Positions 33,802-34,785 of a DNA stretch of 34,785 nt are shown piece by piece; position 1 is the first letter of the stretch; every line of letters starts with the position of its first letter. The position numbers and the translations under genes are program-made. The stretch lies in assembly GCA_041662765.1 (NCBI GenBank), contig JBAZRT010000003.1, positions 3,995-38,779 on the forward strand. The letters are read 5' to 3'. This DNA comes from Parcubacteria group bacterium (GTDB taxonomy: Bacteria > Patescibacteriota > Minisyncoccia > Moranbacterales > UBA11712). The notes beneath the pieces are model-generated. The model did not search any database. It worked only from the letters and a program-made list of their open reading frames with translations, and was not told the DNA's origin.

Positions 33802-34785
33802 TCATTCGCTCAACCAAATCCAAAATTGATTAAGCAATTCTTCTTTTAGCTTGTGCGTATCAGCGTGTGAAAGAACGCCGAGATAGGATTGCAAAGATTG
33901 GTTTAGGGATTTCTTATCAATTTCCCCTGCCTTATGTTGGGCAATCCGCATTTTCAATTTCCTGAATATCCGTTTTTTTGTTTTGTTTCGGATAGCCCTA
34001 TAGTGGGGAAGGACAACATAGCCGAGAAAATCAACGCCTTGGCGGTATTTCCTGATTTTTATTTTCTTGGGATGCAATTCCAAGGCAAGTTTCTCTTTCA
34101 GAAAAGAGCTTATGGACTTCAGGGTATCCAGCAAATAATTTTTATCGCTCGCAACAATTACAAAATCATCGGTATAGCGTGCATAGCTTTTTATTTTCAG
34201 TCTCTGCTTCACGAACTGGTCAAGATCATTAAGGTAAACATTCGCAAAAAGCTGAGAGGTTAGATTTCCAATCGGCAGTCCTCTCGCATAAAAAATATCT
34301 GAATGTTCGGAGGAAAAACTATCAATAATTTCCTTCAAAAGCCAGCGGGCATTTTCGTCCTTTATTCTTTTTTTCAAAATTATCTTCAGTATTGAGTGGT
34401 CGACAGACCCGAAGAATTTTTTGACATCGCACTTCAAAATAAAGCAGGACTTGGAATAATTTTTCGTTTCTTTTCTTATCATACTTTCCAGGGCTGAAAC
34501 TCCTTTATGCGTCCCTTTTCCAATCCGGCACGAATATGAACCAGAAATAAAAGTTTCTTCAAAAATAGGGTTGAGCACCGAAAAAACGGCGTGGTGCAAA
34601 ACTCTGTCCCTGACATCTGCTTTATGGATGTGCCTTTGCTTGGGGTCTTGGATAAAAAATGAAGAATAACAGCCGTGCTTATACGTGCACCCCCGCAATT
34701 CCCGATGAAGCTGGAAAATGTTTTGCTCTAATTCCCATTCAAACTTTCGGACGTCTTTCTTTTTCTGTTTGTCATATTTGAAGTT
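33802..34785 (-). CDS. Diversity-generating-retroelement (DGR)-type reverse transcriptase, 5'-truncated by the window edge
   Basis: The frame stays open from 34698 to the window end (NFKYDKQKKKDVRKFEWELEQNIFQLHRELRGCTY). Motifs are FIQDPKQRHIHKADVRDRVLHHAV, SYSCRIGKGTH, GLPIGNLTSQLFANVYL (the IGxxxSQ signature of DGR RTs) and RYTDDFVIV. Confidence 0.8.
   Translation of the reverse strand, partial: NFKYDKQKKKDVRKFEWELEQNIFQLHRELRGCTYKHGCYSSFFIQDPKQRHIHKADVRDRVLHHAVFSVLNPIFEETFISGSYSCRIGKGTHKGVSALESMIRKETKNYSKSCFILKCDVKKFFGSVDHSILKIILKKRIKDENARWLLKEIIDSFSSEHSDIFYARGLPIGNLTSQLFANVYLNDLDQFVKQRLKIKSYARYTDDFVIVASDKNYLLDTLKSISSFLKEKLALELHPKKIKIRKYRQGVDFLGYVVLPHYRAIRNKTKKRIFRKLKMRIAQHKAGEIDKKSLNQSLQSYLGVLSHADTHKLKEELLNQFWIWLSE

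Overview
The window looks like a small-genome Patescibacteria/CPR-type chromosome segment read in the standard bacterial code. This is an inference from gene content; no marker phylogeny was possible. Housekeeping genes fill most of it: nusA, ppa, tig, clpP, rplS, gyrA, rpsA, gmk, tilS, ftsH, xerC/D-like, rluA-family and seven tRNA genes.

Five features are not ordinary:
1. At 14.0-19.1 kb, a minus-strand cluster carries five VirB2/TrbC-like two-helix 'pilin' modules. One is tandemly duplicated and one is fused to an NlpC/P60 peptidase. An orphan lipoprotein solute-binding protein sits with them, and no secretion ATPase or channel gene is present. A GC-richer two-gene cassette of unknown function (12.0-14.0 kb) converges on the cluster.
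2. Two tRNA genes, Phe-GAA and a CAU-anticodon tRNA, are each split in the anticodon loop by an ORF-less IC3-like group I intron.
3. A free-standing LAGLIDADG-like endonuclease gene lies between tRNA genes.
4. gyrA carries an in-frame TGA at a conserved Gly position, with 61 more in-frame codons after it.
5. A DGR-type reverse transcriptase is cut by the window edge.

Three different peptidoglycan hydrolase types are also present: 3D-domain, NlpC/P60 and LysM-CHAP. No CRISPR array or rRNA gene was seen.
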